IMG/VR virus record: IMGVR_UViG_3300009709_000001
Location: 189,336 to 253,335 of that record
Strand: one strand, 5' to 3'
Source of the DNA: a virus
Taxonomy: Duplodnaviria > Heunggongvirae > Uroviricota > Caudoviricetes
DNA: 64,000 nt
This document shows positions 39,148-48,979 of this stretch, one piece after another (position 1 is the first letter of the stretch; every line of letters starts with the position of its first letter). The notes under the pieces are model-generated. The model searched no databases, had not been told where the DNA came from, and saw only the letters and a list, made by a program, of their open reading frames with translations. A program made the position numbers and the translations under genes.

Positions 39148-39737
39148 TTGATTCGAAATTTATTGTCCGATATACAAATGGCCTGTATGCAACTCCGCCA
39201 GAGTCTGCACCACGTTATGAAGAGTTTCGAGATATGTTTAGCTCTGGCCAACTTGCAAGCAAGGAATGGGCAGTCAAGACACTTTCAGAAGTAGTAAAAC
39301 TCGACTTTCAGCATGTGATTATTGCAGGAGCATGGTTTGGCACTTTAGGAATGATGTTGAAGAGCAAATTCCCAGGAATCACACTTACTCTGCTCGATAT
39401 TGATCCACGCTGTGAAATATTCCTCAAGAACATCACTGTTTACGATCGAGACGTATATTGTGTTACCGAAGATATGTATAAGCACGTATACACCGAAAAT
39501 ATCGTAATCAATACCAGTTGCGAACATATTCCGGATATCAAACAATGGCTTAAACAGGTATCCCCGGATTCCCTAATTCTTTTGCAATCGAACAATAACG
39601 ATAAAGACGAAGGTCACATAAATTGTGTCCAATCTGAAAACGAGTTTATCGAAAAGAGTGGGCTAACAGAAATCCTATATTCGGGAAAGTTAGTTACACC
39701 GATGTATACACGATTTATGATCATAGGAAAGAAATGA
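39144..39737 (+). CDS. Class I SAM-dependent methyltransferase-like protein
   Basis: IAGAWFG, LDID, VINTSCEH, LQSNN, RFMIIG. Confidence 0.65.
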   Translation: MIDSKFIVRYTNGLYATPPESAPRYEEFRDMFSSGQLASKEWAVKTLSEVVKLDFQHVIIAGAWFGTLGMMLKSKFPGITLTLLDIDPRCEIFLKNITVYDRDVYCVTEDMYKHVYTENIVINTSCEHIPDIKQWLKQVSPDSLILLQSNNNDKDEGHINCVQSENEFIEKSGLTEILYSGKLVTPMYTRFMIIGKK

Positions 39738-41131
39738 GAAAATTAAATATTCCGATCTTGAATTTTAGAGATCAGATTAATGAAATTAGCCCATCCTTTT
39801 GCGCAGCGAAATGGAAGCAGGTTACATTGCATTTACAGACCGGGCACACTCATAGTTGCCACCATCCACGAACTCACAAAATTCCATTATCGGAACTTGA
39901 AGCTAATCCATCGGCACTTCATAACACCAACTACAAGAAACTTCAACGCAGGAAGATGTTAGAGGGTGAACGCCCAGAGGAATGCGATTACTGCTGGCGA
40001 GTTGAAGATAGTGGTCCAGATGCGATTAGTGATCGTATCTATAAGTCGGCCGACAACTGGGCAATTGATCATATCGATGCAATTAAGGAAATGCCTTGGG
40101 ATTACGATGTAACACCATCGTATCTCGAAGTGTCCTTTTCTAGTGTCTGTAATTTCAAGTGCAGTTACTGCACACCGCAGGTTAGTAGTAAATGGATGGA
40201 AGAGATTGAAAAATTCGGTCCTTATCCTACTTCTAATCAGTTTAACAATATCGAATGGTTAAAACAGATCGATGCAATGCCTATTCCACACAAGGATGAA
40301 AATCCTTATGTTGATGCATTCTGGAAATGGTGGCCAGAAATTTATACTAAGCTCGAACACTTCCGTATTACTGGTGGTGAACCATTACTGACCAAAGATA
40401 CATTCAAGGTATTGGATTATGTCATTGAAAATCCAAATCCTGCTCTAGAACTTTCTGTGAACAGCAATATGTGTGTTCCGGAAGCATTGTTTGAAAAGTT
40501 CATTGAAAAAATCAAGATCATTTGCAGTGAGAAGAAAGTCAAACAATTCAAGATCTTTACCAGTGCCGAAGCACACGGTGCCAAAGCTGAGTATATCAGA
40601 AACGGTTTGAATTACAACCAGTGGCTTGCAAATATCAGGCGTGTTCTTGATGAAGTTCCTGGATGCACATTTACTGTGATGAGTACCTATAATGCGTTGA
40701 GTGTATCGAGCTACAGTGAATTTATTAACGACATTCTTGCCATTAAGCGTGAATACAGTGACCATAATACTGTTCATTCACCGATTATTCTCGATACTCC
40801 GTATTTGCGTTATCCTAACCATCAGGCAATCTTTATTTTGCCGAAAGAGATGCTTGCACCAATCTATGATCAAGTCACATTGATGTATCAGAATTTACAA
40901 AACGGAGATTGGTACGGAACTGCAAATAAGGGTTTCTATCAATGGGAAGCCGATAAGTTCAAACGCATTTATGAACTGATTATGCACAAGGAAGATCCAC
41001 CGGGTGTCACACGCGACCAGATCGACTTTGTAAAATTCGTCGATGAGCACGATTATCGTCGTGGAACAAACTTCCTCGAAACATTCCCGGAATTTACTGA
41101 TGTATATCATAAATGGAAAGCGGCAATCTAA
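39734..41131 (+). CDS. Radical SAM protein with an N-terminal Cys-rich (twitch/SPASM-like) region
   Basis: CNFKCSYC (CxxxCxxC), TGGEP, FCAAKW, SCHH, ECDYCW. Confidence 0.88.
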   Translation: MRKLNIPILNFRDQINEISPSFCAAKWKQVTLHLQTGHTHSCHHPRTHKIPLSELEANPSALHNTNYKKLQRRKMLEGERPEECDYCWRVEDSGPDAISDRIYKSADNWAIDHIDAIKEMPWDYDVTPSYLEVSFSSVCNFKCSYCTPQVSSKWMEEIEKFGPYPTSNQFNNIEWLKQIDAMPIPHKDENPYVDAFWKWWPEIYTKLEHFRITGGEPLLTKDTFKVLDYVIENPNPALELSVNSNMCVPEALFEKFIEKIKIICSEKKVKQFKIFTSAEAHGAKAEYIRNGLNYNQWLANIRRVLDEVPGCTFTVMSTYNALSVSSYSEFINDILAIKREYSDHNTVHSPIILDTPYLRYPNHQAIFILPKEMLAPIYDQVTLMYQNLQNGDWYGTANKGFYQWEADKFKRIYELIMHKEDPPGVTRDQIDFVKFVDEHDYRRGTNFLETFPEFTDVYHKWKAAI

Positions 41132-41865
41132 AAATCGCATTATGCATTACCGGGCAACCAAGGACGTGGGAAAGATGTTATCAAACATGGTTTGATAACA
41201 TTTCTCATCTCGGCAAGATTGATACTTTCTGCCATCTCTGGAATTATAATACCCTTCCATCAATAGCTGCAGGATATCAGGGCGACATGAAAAATCGTCC
41301 TGTTCCTGCAGCAGAATTAGAGAGAATGAAGAAGGTATTACGTCCTAAGGCTTTTGTAGCCGATCCCATAATGCATTTCAGACAACCGCCCGTAAAGCAT
41401 CCGATTGCTTGGTGGTCATTAGGTCAATTCTATTCTATAAAGAAATGTGCTTACCTAAAAAGGAAGTACGAATTGCTTATGGGTTTTGAATATGATCTTG
41501 TATTCAGAATTCGTACAGATCTATTCATTCGACAACAAGTTAACATTCCGGAAATTAAACCAAACGAATTGTATACCTGTTCAAACAGCTATGACAAGGA
41601 ATATGACCGTTTTCGCATCGGTGATATCTTCTATTATGGAAATAGTTACGCCTATGATCAAGCCTGTTCATTTTACGATAAATTCAATTTTGTCGATTCC
41701 TACGAAGTGGTACCGGGACGTAATGATTTTCCACCCGAACTAGCATTTTATTATCATCTGCGTTCGTTGGGAATTGACAACAGATCAATTTTTGCCGATT
41801 GTAAGATTGCACGAACAGAAGAGTTTCGAGATTTAAAGGGTGGCCTGGCCGCATTCGAAATATGA
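41113..41865 (+). CDS. Putative glycosyltransferase-like protein (KIAxCxSG family)
   Basis: KIALCITGQPR, HLW, YDLVFRIRTD, IGDIFYYG; start uncertain. Confidence 0.55.
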   Translation: MESGNLKIALCITGQPRTWERCYQTWFDNISHLGKIDTFCHLWNYNTLPSIAAGYQGDMKNRPVPAAELERMKKVLRPKAFVADPIMHFRQPPVKHPIAWWSLGQFYSIKKCAYLKRKYELLMGFEYDLVFRIRTDLFIRQQVNIPEIKPNELYTCSNSYDKEYDRFRIGDIFYYGNSYAYDQACSFYDKFNFVDSYEVVPGRNDFPPELAFYYHLRSLGIDNRSIFADCKIARTEEFRDLKGGLAAFEI

Positions 41866-42734
41866 AAATAGCAGTGTGCATGAGTGGCGAATCCAGGACA
41901 TGGAAAATTGCTGCGCCATCGATTATTAATTTCTTCAAATCTCAAAATCACGAAGTGAAATTCTTTGGCCATACATGGGCAATGAATAGTTGGAAAACAT
42001 TCGATAACAATGGTATCAGCGATTACGAGCACGAACGTCTTGATCAGATGCATCTTAAAGAACAACTTCAGAAAACTTTTAACTTTGAAAAGCTCGTAGT
42101 CGATCCTCCATATACATTCGATATTTCTCGAATCGAGGATACTGAAGTTAGAAAGAATCCCGAACACTGTATCGGTTGGGAACTTGCTGCGAACTATATA
42201 GTTCCGCGAGTTTGGTCATCTCTATTCAATAGTCAGATGCAAAGCAATTTCCTGAAACAGGAATACGAAATCGAAAATAACATGCAATTCGATTTTGTAG
42301 TAAAATGCAGATTTGATATTGCATATCATCCATCGGTTAGATTTGAAAATTATCTGCCGACAAAGGAGATGACATTTAAGAATGGTGTATATGCAAGCCT
42401 ATCTACATTTAGATCTGAATTTAATCTTCCTGTAATTGATGATGTAATTTATTTCGGCAGCTCACCGGCAATGGATCTACTCGAAACAGTTTACAGAGTT
42501 TATCAGAATGCAGATTTCTTCAACATGGTAAAGGCCGGATATTATGATCCCGCCTATAAGGTATGTGGACCGAATGTGATACTTCACAAATGGGCAACGA
42601 TGAAGAACATTCTAATTTGTGCATTGCCGACTATGGTTTATTATGCAGTTGTTCGTCGTGAATTTGCGAATATAGATCCGTGTCTTGAATATGATAAATT
42701 ACATGAAGCAACTTTGGCATGGGGAAAACAGTGA
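41862..42734 (+). CDS. Putative glycosyltransferase-like protein (KIAxCxSG family)
   Basis: KIAVCMSGESR, HTW, FDFVVKCRFD, IDDVIYFG. Confidence 0.55.
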   Translation: MKIAVCMSGESRTWKIAAPSIINFFKSQNHEVKFFGHTWAMNSWKTFDNNGISDYEHERLDQMHLKEQLQKTFNFEKLVVDPPYTFDISRIEDTEVRKNPEHCIGWELAANYIVPRVWSSLFNSQMQSNFLKQEYEIENNMQFDFVVKCRFDIAYHPSVRFENYLPTKEMTFKNGVYASLSTFRSEFNLPVIDDVIYFGSSPAMDLLETVYRVYQNADFFNMVKAGYYDPAYKVCGPNVILHKWATMKNILICALPTMVYYAVVRREFANIDPCLEYDKLHEATLAWGKQ

Positions 42735-43612
42735 AGACTTTATTTACGAACGGTGACAGTTGGGCATTTGGCAGTGAAATTATGGCACCCGAATTTTGTA
42801 TGCCTAAAGGACAACCGGGTGCCGGAATGGCAGGAAAATATAAAGCCGGTTACGATTGTTCTATGCCACTTAATGATTTCTATCGAGTTCCAAAAATCTG
42901 GGCATCGCATTTAGGAAAGCACCTAAATGCCGAAGTAGTCAACTGGGCACGGCCTGCCCGCAGTAATGATACAATCTATGATAGTACCATTGCCTGGGTT
43001 CTTGAAAACTATGTAATGCCCGGCAGGGATGTCAGCGATCTTACAGTCGTTATCGGATGGTCAAGTCCAGAGAGAAAAGATATTGTTATCGAAGACAATG
43101 ACGATAAGATTAGAAAGTTTACACTCTGGCCTGCGATGCAAGAAACCAAATATTACTCGTCTGATATTGTCAAAGCATTCTTCAAATTCTATGTAACTCA
43201 TATGTGGGTCGAGCAGGAATATTTCAAACGATTTATTCAGCAATGTTTCAACCTGCAGAACTTCTTTGAACGACAGGGCATCAATTACTATATGTTCAAC
43301 TCGTTCTATATGCCGTCTGTTCCAACGCATCCCGATAATTGGAAGAATGTGAATCTTCTCGAAATGATTAACGCATGGAAGAATTTAGATATCGGGTGGG
43401 CCGATCACTATTACAGTTGGTCAGTCGAGCAACGCTCTCTTCTAAACCAATGGGCATTAATCGATGCAGATAGATTTATTGGCAAAGATACCGAAACATT
43501 CAGTTCTTACATTCAGAAGAATGTGCAGAATTACAAACGAATGAATAACTGGCATCCGTCGCCAGATTCTCACGAAGCTTGGGCAGCATATCTCGCAACC
43601 AAGATCAAATGA
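42731..43612 (+). CDS. SGNH/GDSL-like acyl hydrolase or acyltransferase
   Basis: NGDSW, SND, VIGWS..ER, C-terminal WHP...H; GTG start at 42731. Confidence 0.6.
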   Translation: MKTLFTNGDSWAFGSEIMAPEFCMPKGQPGAGMAGKYKAGYDCSMPLNDFYRVPKIWASHLGKHLNAEVVNWARPARSNDTIYDSTIAWVLENYVMPGRDVSDLTVVIGWSSPERKDIVIEDNDDKIRKFTLWPAMQETKYYSSDIVKAFFKFYVTHMWVEQEYFKRFIQQCFNLQNFFERQGINYYMFNSFYMPSVPTHPDNWKNVNLLEMINAWKNLDIGWADHYYSWSVEQRSLLNQWALIDADRFIGKDTETFSSYIQKNVQNYKRMNNWHPSPDSHEAWAAYLATKIK

Positions 43613-44337
43613 AGATAGCAGTTTGCTTTAGTGGACAGATAAGAACAGGTGTCGAAGCGGCCCCTAATCTTGCCTTATATTTCGAAAATCATCTTATAGA
43701 TTATTTCGTACATACATGGAATATCACCACTTATAAAGAATACTCGACTATTAACGGTATGTCACCTGCAAGGAGATTTAATCTACGATCCCTGAAGCAT
43801 CCTGTAACACCGTTAAGTGAAGAGAGACAGATTACTTTCCGTAAGATTTACAATCCTAAGGAAATGATTGTCGAACACTACAATGGACAACGAGATCCAT
43901 TGTACCATTCCTGGAAAGCTAGTATCGATCTCTGTAAGCAATATTCGATAAGAAATAATATCAAATACGATCTAATCATTAAACTTAGGCCGGATTTAAT
44001 ATTTCCCACATGGAAGAAGCTAACAACTGAGATAGAACATTTCAAGAATGATCCAAGCAAATTCTATGTCGATAACTATAGTGATAATAGAATTGATGAT
44101 GTGCATTGGTATTCGACACCCGAATTGATGTATAGAGCATGTGAATATCCGATAACAGGGTCGTTTGCCGATTACATGAAATCCGCAGGTATCGAATGCT
44201 CGCCAGTTGCAACTCAAGGATATGCACCCTACAGACCAGAGTGTCTAAAATTTAGTCCGATTGAGAACTTTGTAGAGTGCCACTATTACGATCAATTCTG
44301 GTATAGTACAGTCGAAGTATTAGAGGTTTTTAAATGA
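43609..44337 (+). CDS. Putative glycosyltransferase-like protein (KIAxCxSG family)
   Basis: KIAVCFSGQIR, HTW, YDLIIKLRPD, IDD. Confidence 0.55.
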   Translation: MKIAVCFSGQIRTGVEAAPNLALYFENHLIDYFVHTWNITTYKEYSTINGMSPARRFNLRSLKHPVTPLSEERQITFRKIYNPKEMIVEHYNGQRDPLYHSWKASIDLCKQYSIRNNIKYDLIIKLRPDLIFPTWKKLTTEIEHFKNDPSKFYVDNYSDNRIDDVHWYSTPELMYRACEYPITGSFADYMKSAGIECSPVATQGYAPYRPECLKFSPIENFVECHYYDQFWYSTVEVLEVFK

Positions 44338-45128
44338 AAGAAATGATGGTTGTTTGTGGCGATAGTTATAACGCCGGTATTGGATGTGTGAATATGCATA
44401 CACAGGCCTATGGTGTTGTAACTGCGCAACATTTCGATTGGGATCTAATTACGTTGGCAAGAGGAAGTGCGAGTAACTATGCAGTCCATCTTCAAGCAAT
44501 GTATGCAGCCGAATTATTGCCACACCTAGTTATTATCGGCCAGACAAGCTATGATAGATTAGAGTGGGTAATGGATACACATTCTAAACCTGCACACGAA
44601 CAACCAACTCTACATAATCTAAACTATCATCTGTATCCACCACATCATTTTCCACAACCACATCATGATAAGCCAATGCCTTTCCATTTACAGGATAGTG
44701 CAGATTATAAACCATATCTGTTAACTGAACAAGTGGGCGGCATCGATGATTATCTTACACGGTTTAAGAAGAATCCCGGCTTCCCTTATTATGAGAGACT
44801 GCATACAGAACCACGCGAGAAGCTAGAGCTAATCCGCGACTATTATGTGAATTGCGTTGACTACGCCATTAAACGAGACTACGACATAGGGCTGCTCCTG
44901 CAAGCGTATACCTTCCTAAAACGTAAAGGAATTAATTGTCTAATCTTGACTAGAGATATCGGCCTATTCGGTAAATTTATTGATCAGGCAGATTTGATGC
45001 ATCAGGATTGGTGGTACTTATCGAATATATATCCTGACACAATCGGTAGTATGCATACAAGCGAAATTGGTCACCAGGATACCGCAGATCGACTAATTGC
45101 AAAAATCAAGGAAAATAATCTTGCCTAA
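44334..45128 (+). CDS. SGNH/GDSL-like protein
   Basis: CGDSY, ARGSASN, T..DRLE, C-terminal HTSEIGH. Confidence 0.6.
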   Translation: MKEMMVVCGDSYNAGIGCVNMHTQAYGVVTAQHFDWDLITLARGSASNYAVHLQAMYAAELLPHLVIIGQTSYDRLEWVMDTHSKPAHEQPTLHNLNYHLYPPHHFPQPHHDKPMPFHLQDSADYKPYLLTEQVGGIDDYLTRFKKNPGFPYYERLHTEPREKLELIRDYYVNCVDYAIKRDYDIGLLLQAYTFLKRKGINCLILTRDIGLFGKFIDQADLMHQDWWYLSNIYPDTIGSMHTSEIGHQDTADRLIAKIKENNLA

Positions 45129-45873
45129 ACTACTCTATGCGAATGGATGCAGTTGGACAGCCGGAAACGGTATCCAAGAAGATAAAAATTTCGAGCCCGG
45201 CAAACGACTCGATGAATACGCCTGGCCTAAAGTTCTCGCCGACAAACTTGGCTATGAAGTTACAAATAGTTCCGAAGGTGCCGGAAGTAATCAACGCATT
45301 GTTCGAACAACTGTAAACTTCGTCAAGACGATCCCCGAAAGTCAACGCAAAGATGTTCTCGTAGTTATCGGATGGACTACGCCTGAACGTGGAGAGATTT
45401 ATCTTAGTGATGAGCATGTACAATATCCGGGTTGGTATAAGTTCAATGCGGCACAGAAGTTTTCAGATCAATTCCATCCATCAACAATAGTTCCGAAAGA
45501 GTATGTTAAGAAAATCGATGACTATCAGAGGATGTATGTTGAGCATGTTCATAGTCAGCATGCCAACCTTGTAAACTATTTCCAGCAGAAATATCTGCTT
45601 GCAAACCTATTACAGAATCTCGGAATTAAACATTGCTTCTTCAATAGCTTACCGGGCATTTGGCATCCCGATCAGACAATGATGAATTTCTACAAAGAAC
45701 AACAAGCATCGATTGTAACACCTAACATGGTACAGGTTACAGAGATGCATCACCTATTAAGAGAGAAAGGTATCAAACTTAGCTCCTGTGTTCATCCTAT
45801 GATTGACGGGCATAGAGTTTGGGCCGAATATCTCGAAACATTTATTAAGAACCTATATGGAGACAGTGTATGA
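45121..45873 (+). CDS. SGNH/GDSL-like protein
   Basis: NGCSWTAG, GAGSN.RI.R, IGWT..ER, HPMIDGH; TTG start inferred. Confidence 0.6.
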   Translation: MPKLLYANGCSWTAGNGIQEDKNFEPGKRLDEYAWPKVLADKLGYEVTNSSEGAGSNQRIVRTTVNFVKTIPESQRKDVLVVIGWTTPERGEIYLSDEHVQYPGWYKFNAAQKFSDQFHPSTIVPKEYVKKIDDYQRMYVEHVHSQHANLVNYFQQKYLLANLLQNLGIKHCFFNSLPGIWHPDQTMMNFYKEQQASIVTPNMVQVTEMHHLLREKGIKLSSCVHPMIDGHRVWAEYLETFIKNLYGDSV

Positions 45874-46301
45874 CCAAAATCGTAAAGAAACCATGGGGAG
45901 AGGAAATGTGGATTGCAGATGGAGTTGATATGCCATATGCGCTGAAACGTATCTTCTTTAAAGCCGGAAATAAGACTAGTATCCAGGTTCATAAACTCAA
46001 GCATGAAACAAACTATGTTTTGTCCGGAACTGGACTTCTAATGCTTTCCGATCTATTCCTTGATGTTGACAAGTATCATGAACTCACAAAATCGGATATT
46101 AATCGATACATTGCATCAATGAAGATTATCAAACTCAATCCTGGTGATATTTTTCATGTCACCCCGGGGCATGTACATCGAGTAATTGCAATAGAAGATC
46201 TAGTATTCATGGAAGCAAGTTCTCCAGAACTCGACGATGTAATTCGTTTAGAGGATGATACAAACAGAGGAAATGGAAGAATTGAATCAGAACATGAATA
46301 A
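45870..46301 (+). CDS. Cupin (mannose-6-phosphate isomerase-type) protein
   Basis: KPWGEE, SIQVHKLKHET, PGHVHR, EASSPELDDVIRLEDD. Confidence 0.8.
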   Translation: MTKIVKKPWGEEMWIADGVDMPYALKRIFFKAGNKTSIQVHKLKHETNYVLSGTGLLMLSDLFLDVDKYHELTKSDINRYIASMKIIKLNPGDIFHVTPGHVHRVIAIEDLVFMEASSPELDDVIRLEDDTNRGNGRIESEHE

Positions 46302-47820
46302 ACTAACGGTACTGATACTTGCGGCAGGATATGGTCGTCGCATGGGACCATTTTCTAGAATGATAAACAAGGCACTGGTACCGTATGGTAACAAGCCATT
46401 AATTAGTCATATCTTTGATAGATTTGATAAGGGTACAAAATTTGTAATCGCTTGCGGTAACCAATCACAGCAGGTTCATGATTATATCAGTCTGGTACAC
46501 AATGATAAAGATATTACACTTATCGACGTTCCCGATTTTACAGAAGGAACAACCGGTCCTGCAACAACTATTCGATATTGTGCAGAACACTTACCCGGTG
46601 CCTTTATGTGGATCTCCTGTGATACATTGTTCAACTTCGATTATAAAAAGCATCTTGATCATAACTGGATTGGCGTCTGTCCTGTTGACTCCGGGGTTGC
46701 CAAGGACTACTGCTGGGTTGAGCGCGACGGAGAAAACATTGAGAAAGTTCATAATAAAGAACCATCTTCTCACGCGGTAGACGCATTTATTGGATTGATG
46801 TATGTCAAGGATTCGACATTTATTAAAGCACTCGACCTAAGACAGGCAAAGGAAGTCTATGAGGGATTCCCGGGCTTAGGCCTGAAGGCACACACGGTTA
46901 AGATGTGGCAAGACTTTGGTACCTATGAGAAATGGAAGCAATGTGCAAAAGACTTTCCGGAAGTTAGTTTTCCTAAACCAGATGAGTTACTTTATATCGA
47001 CAATGGCAAGATTGTCAAGTTCACAACAAATCCCGATCTCGCAACATTACGATATAATCGGGCTATGATAAATCCTAGTTGTATGCCCGATAATGTAGAT
47101 CTACAAGGACAGTTCTTAACCTATGATAAATCACCGGGCGAAACATTCTATTATAATCTAACACCGGATACATTTGTTCAGTTTCTACATTGGGCTGAAG
47201 AGAATTTATGGATACACCCGGATATACAAGATAAGTTTGATATTGCTGATAACTTCTATCGTAAGAAAACTCTTGAACGACTTGGTAAGTTTCGTGTAAA
47301 ATACAATTCGTGGGAAGAGCCGTCGACAGTTAATGGTGTTTCGGTAAAATCGATAGATGAGTATATTGCTGATTTGGATTTGCAATTATTCCTTGCACAA
47401 GAAACTAAATGGTGCTTCATCCACGGGGATATGCAATTTGATAATATCATTTACAATGCCAATACTGGTAAATTTACTGCAATCGATTGGCGAACAGATT
47501 TTGCAGGTGACGAATACGGTGATATGTATTACGATCTTGCCAAGATGCTAGGTGGATTATACCTGAGTTACAAATATGTCAAGGAAGACAAGCTTGCATA
47601 TTATGAAGACGAAAATGGTGCAATTCTAACAGATCTATCTGTGCCAGATGTTGAGATCTATGCTGATATTCTTCGCAACTGGATGATTGAAAGAAATTTG
47701 AATTGGGACAAAGTTCAATACCTTGTACCAATCATATATCTGAATATGGCACCATTACACGATACACCGTTTGACAAATATCTAATCGCGTTGGCACAAC
47801 TTCACTTTTCAAAACTATGA
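46294..47820 (+). CDS. Fused sugar nucleotidyltransferase + APH/choline-kinase-like phosphotransferase
   Basis: ILAAGYGRRM...NKAL, CD, WQDFGT; C-terminal HGDMQFDNI, IDWR, YYDLAK. Confidence 0.8.
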   Translation: MNKLTVLILAAGYGRRMGPFSRMINKALVPYGNKPLISHIFDRFDKGTKFVIACGNQSQQVHDYISLVHNDKDITLIDVPDFTEGTTGPATTIRYCAEHLPGAFMWISCDTLFNFDYKKHLDHNWIGVCPVDSGVAKDYCWVERDGENIEKVHNKEPSSHAVDAFIGLMYVKDSTFIKALDLRQAKEVYEGFPGLGLKAHTVKMWQDFGTYEKWKQCAKDFPEVSFPKPDELLYIDNGKIVKFTTNPDLATLRYNRAMINPSCMPDNVDLQGQFLTYDKSPGETFYYNLTPDTFVQFLHWAEENLWIHPDIQDKFDIADNFYRKKTLERLGKFRVKYNSWEEPSTVNGVSVKSIDEYIADLDLQLFLAQETKWCFIHGDMQFDNIIYNANTGKFTAIDWRTDFAGDEYGDMYYDLAKMLGGLYLSYKYVKEDKLAYYEDENGAILTDLSVPDVEIYADILRNWMIERNLNWDKVQYLVPIIYLNMAPLHDTPFDKYLIALAQLHFSKL

Positions 47821-48515
47821 AAAAATTCTTCAGACTAGGTCAACATCCAAGTAAAACTGGTGAAAGGTATTACAATACACTCTTCCAGAAAATGGATTTA
47901 CCATATACCTATACAGCAGTCGAATGTGAAAACCTAAAGGAAAGCATTGACGAATTGCTAAAGGAAGGGGCATCGGGGTTTAGTGTCACCATGCCATTTA
48001 AACAAGAGATCAGAAAATTTCTTGTTACCGAAGATATGTATGTTCGACAATTCCAGAGCTGTAATACTGTTCTTGTCAAGGACGGACAACTTCACGGATA
48101 CAACAGTGATGTGTGTGGTGCAGTTTATGCGAAACTTAGTATGCCGATGAAATCAAGTGTTGCTGTTCTAGGCGATGGTGCAATGGGTATGATGATGTAT
48201 AAGATGCTAAACGAAAATTGTGCTGTCTATTCTCGTAAAAAAGAGAACTGGCACAAGCGCCACGATGGAAGAGATGTCTATGTAAACTGCACCACATTCG
48301 GAACTTCAATTCCCGCATCACCATTAGATATCATTCCCGAAAATACAAAACTGATTATAGATCTGGCCATGCCCGGAACTCAATTAGAATTGCAATGTTC
48401 TGAGGCAGGAGTTAAATACATTAGCGGTAAGGAATTTTATAAGAACCAGTTCATCGAACAGTTTGAAATCTTTACCGGAATTAAAATTACAGAAGAAGAA
48501 TTCAATAGCATATGA
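47817..48515 (+). CDS. Shikimate/quinate dehydrogenase-family (AroE-like) oxidoreductase
   Basis: GFSVTMPFK, CNT, GYNSD, VLGDGAMG, VNCT. Confidence 0.8.
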   Translation: MKKFFRLGQHPSKTGERYYNTLFQKMDLPYTYTAVECENLKESIDELLKEGASGFSVTMPFKQEIRKFLVTEDMYVRQFQSCNTVLVKDGQLHGYNSDVCGAVYAKLSMPMKSSVAVLGDGAMGMMMYKMLNENCAVYSRKKENWHKRHDGRDVYVNCTTFGTSIPASPLDIIPENTKLIIDLAMPGTQLELQCSEAGVKYISGKEFYKNQFIEQFEIFTGIKITEEEFNSI

Positions 48516-48979
48516 TTAAACACCTAATTCTCGATGTTGACGGAGTATTGACAACAGGTCATTTCTTCTATAGCGAAAATGGAAAGATGTTCAAGGCCTT
48601 TGGTCCGCACGACAAGGATGGGTTAGAGTTAGCAAAGGAGATGGGCTTGTCTATCGATTTTGTTACAGCAGACGAAACCGGATTTAAGATTACCTCTGCA
48701 CGAATTGTCAGAGATTGGAAATTTAATCCATCGCAGTTGCATCTTGTAAGAGATGGTAAGAGATTAGATTGGATTGCTGCTCGATACGATATCGACGAAG
48801 TTGCTTACATGGGCGATGGCATCCACGATGCAGTAATTCTAGATGCTGTTGGCTTAGGTATTGCACCAAACACAGCTCGCATCGAAGCTAGACTTGCAGC
48901 AGATTATGTCACATTGAGTAACGCAGGCAACGGTGCTGTTCTTGATGCTGTTCTTTACATAAAGGATAATAATGTTTAG
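48512..48979 (+). CDS. KdsC-like HAD sugar-phosphate phosphatase
   Basis: LDVDGVLT, K.F...D, AYMGDGIHD, GNGAV. Confidence 0.85.
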   Translation: MIKHLILDVDGVLTTGHFFYSENGKMFKAFGPHDKDGLELAKEMGLSIDFVTADETGFKITSARIVRDWKFNPSQLHLVRDGKRLDWIAARYDIDEVAYMGDGIHDAVILDAVGLGIAPNTARIEARLAADYVTLSNAGNGAVLDAVLYIKDNNV

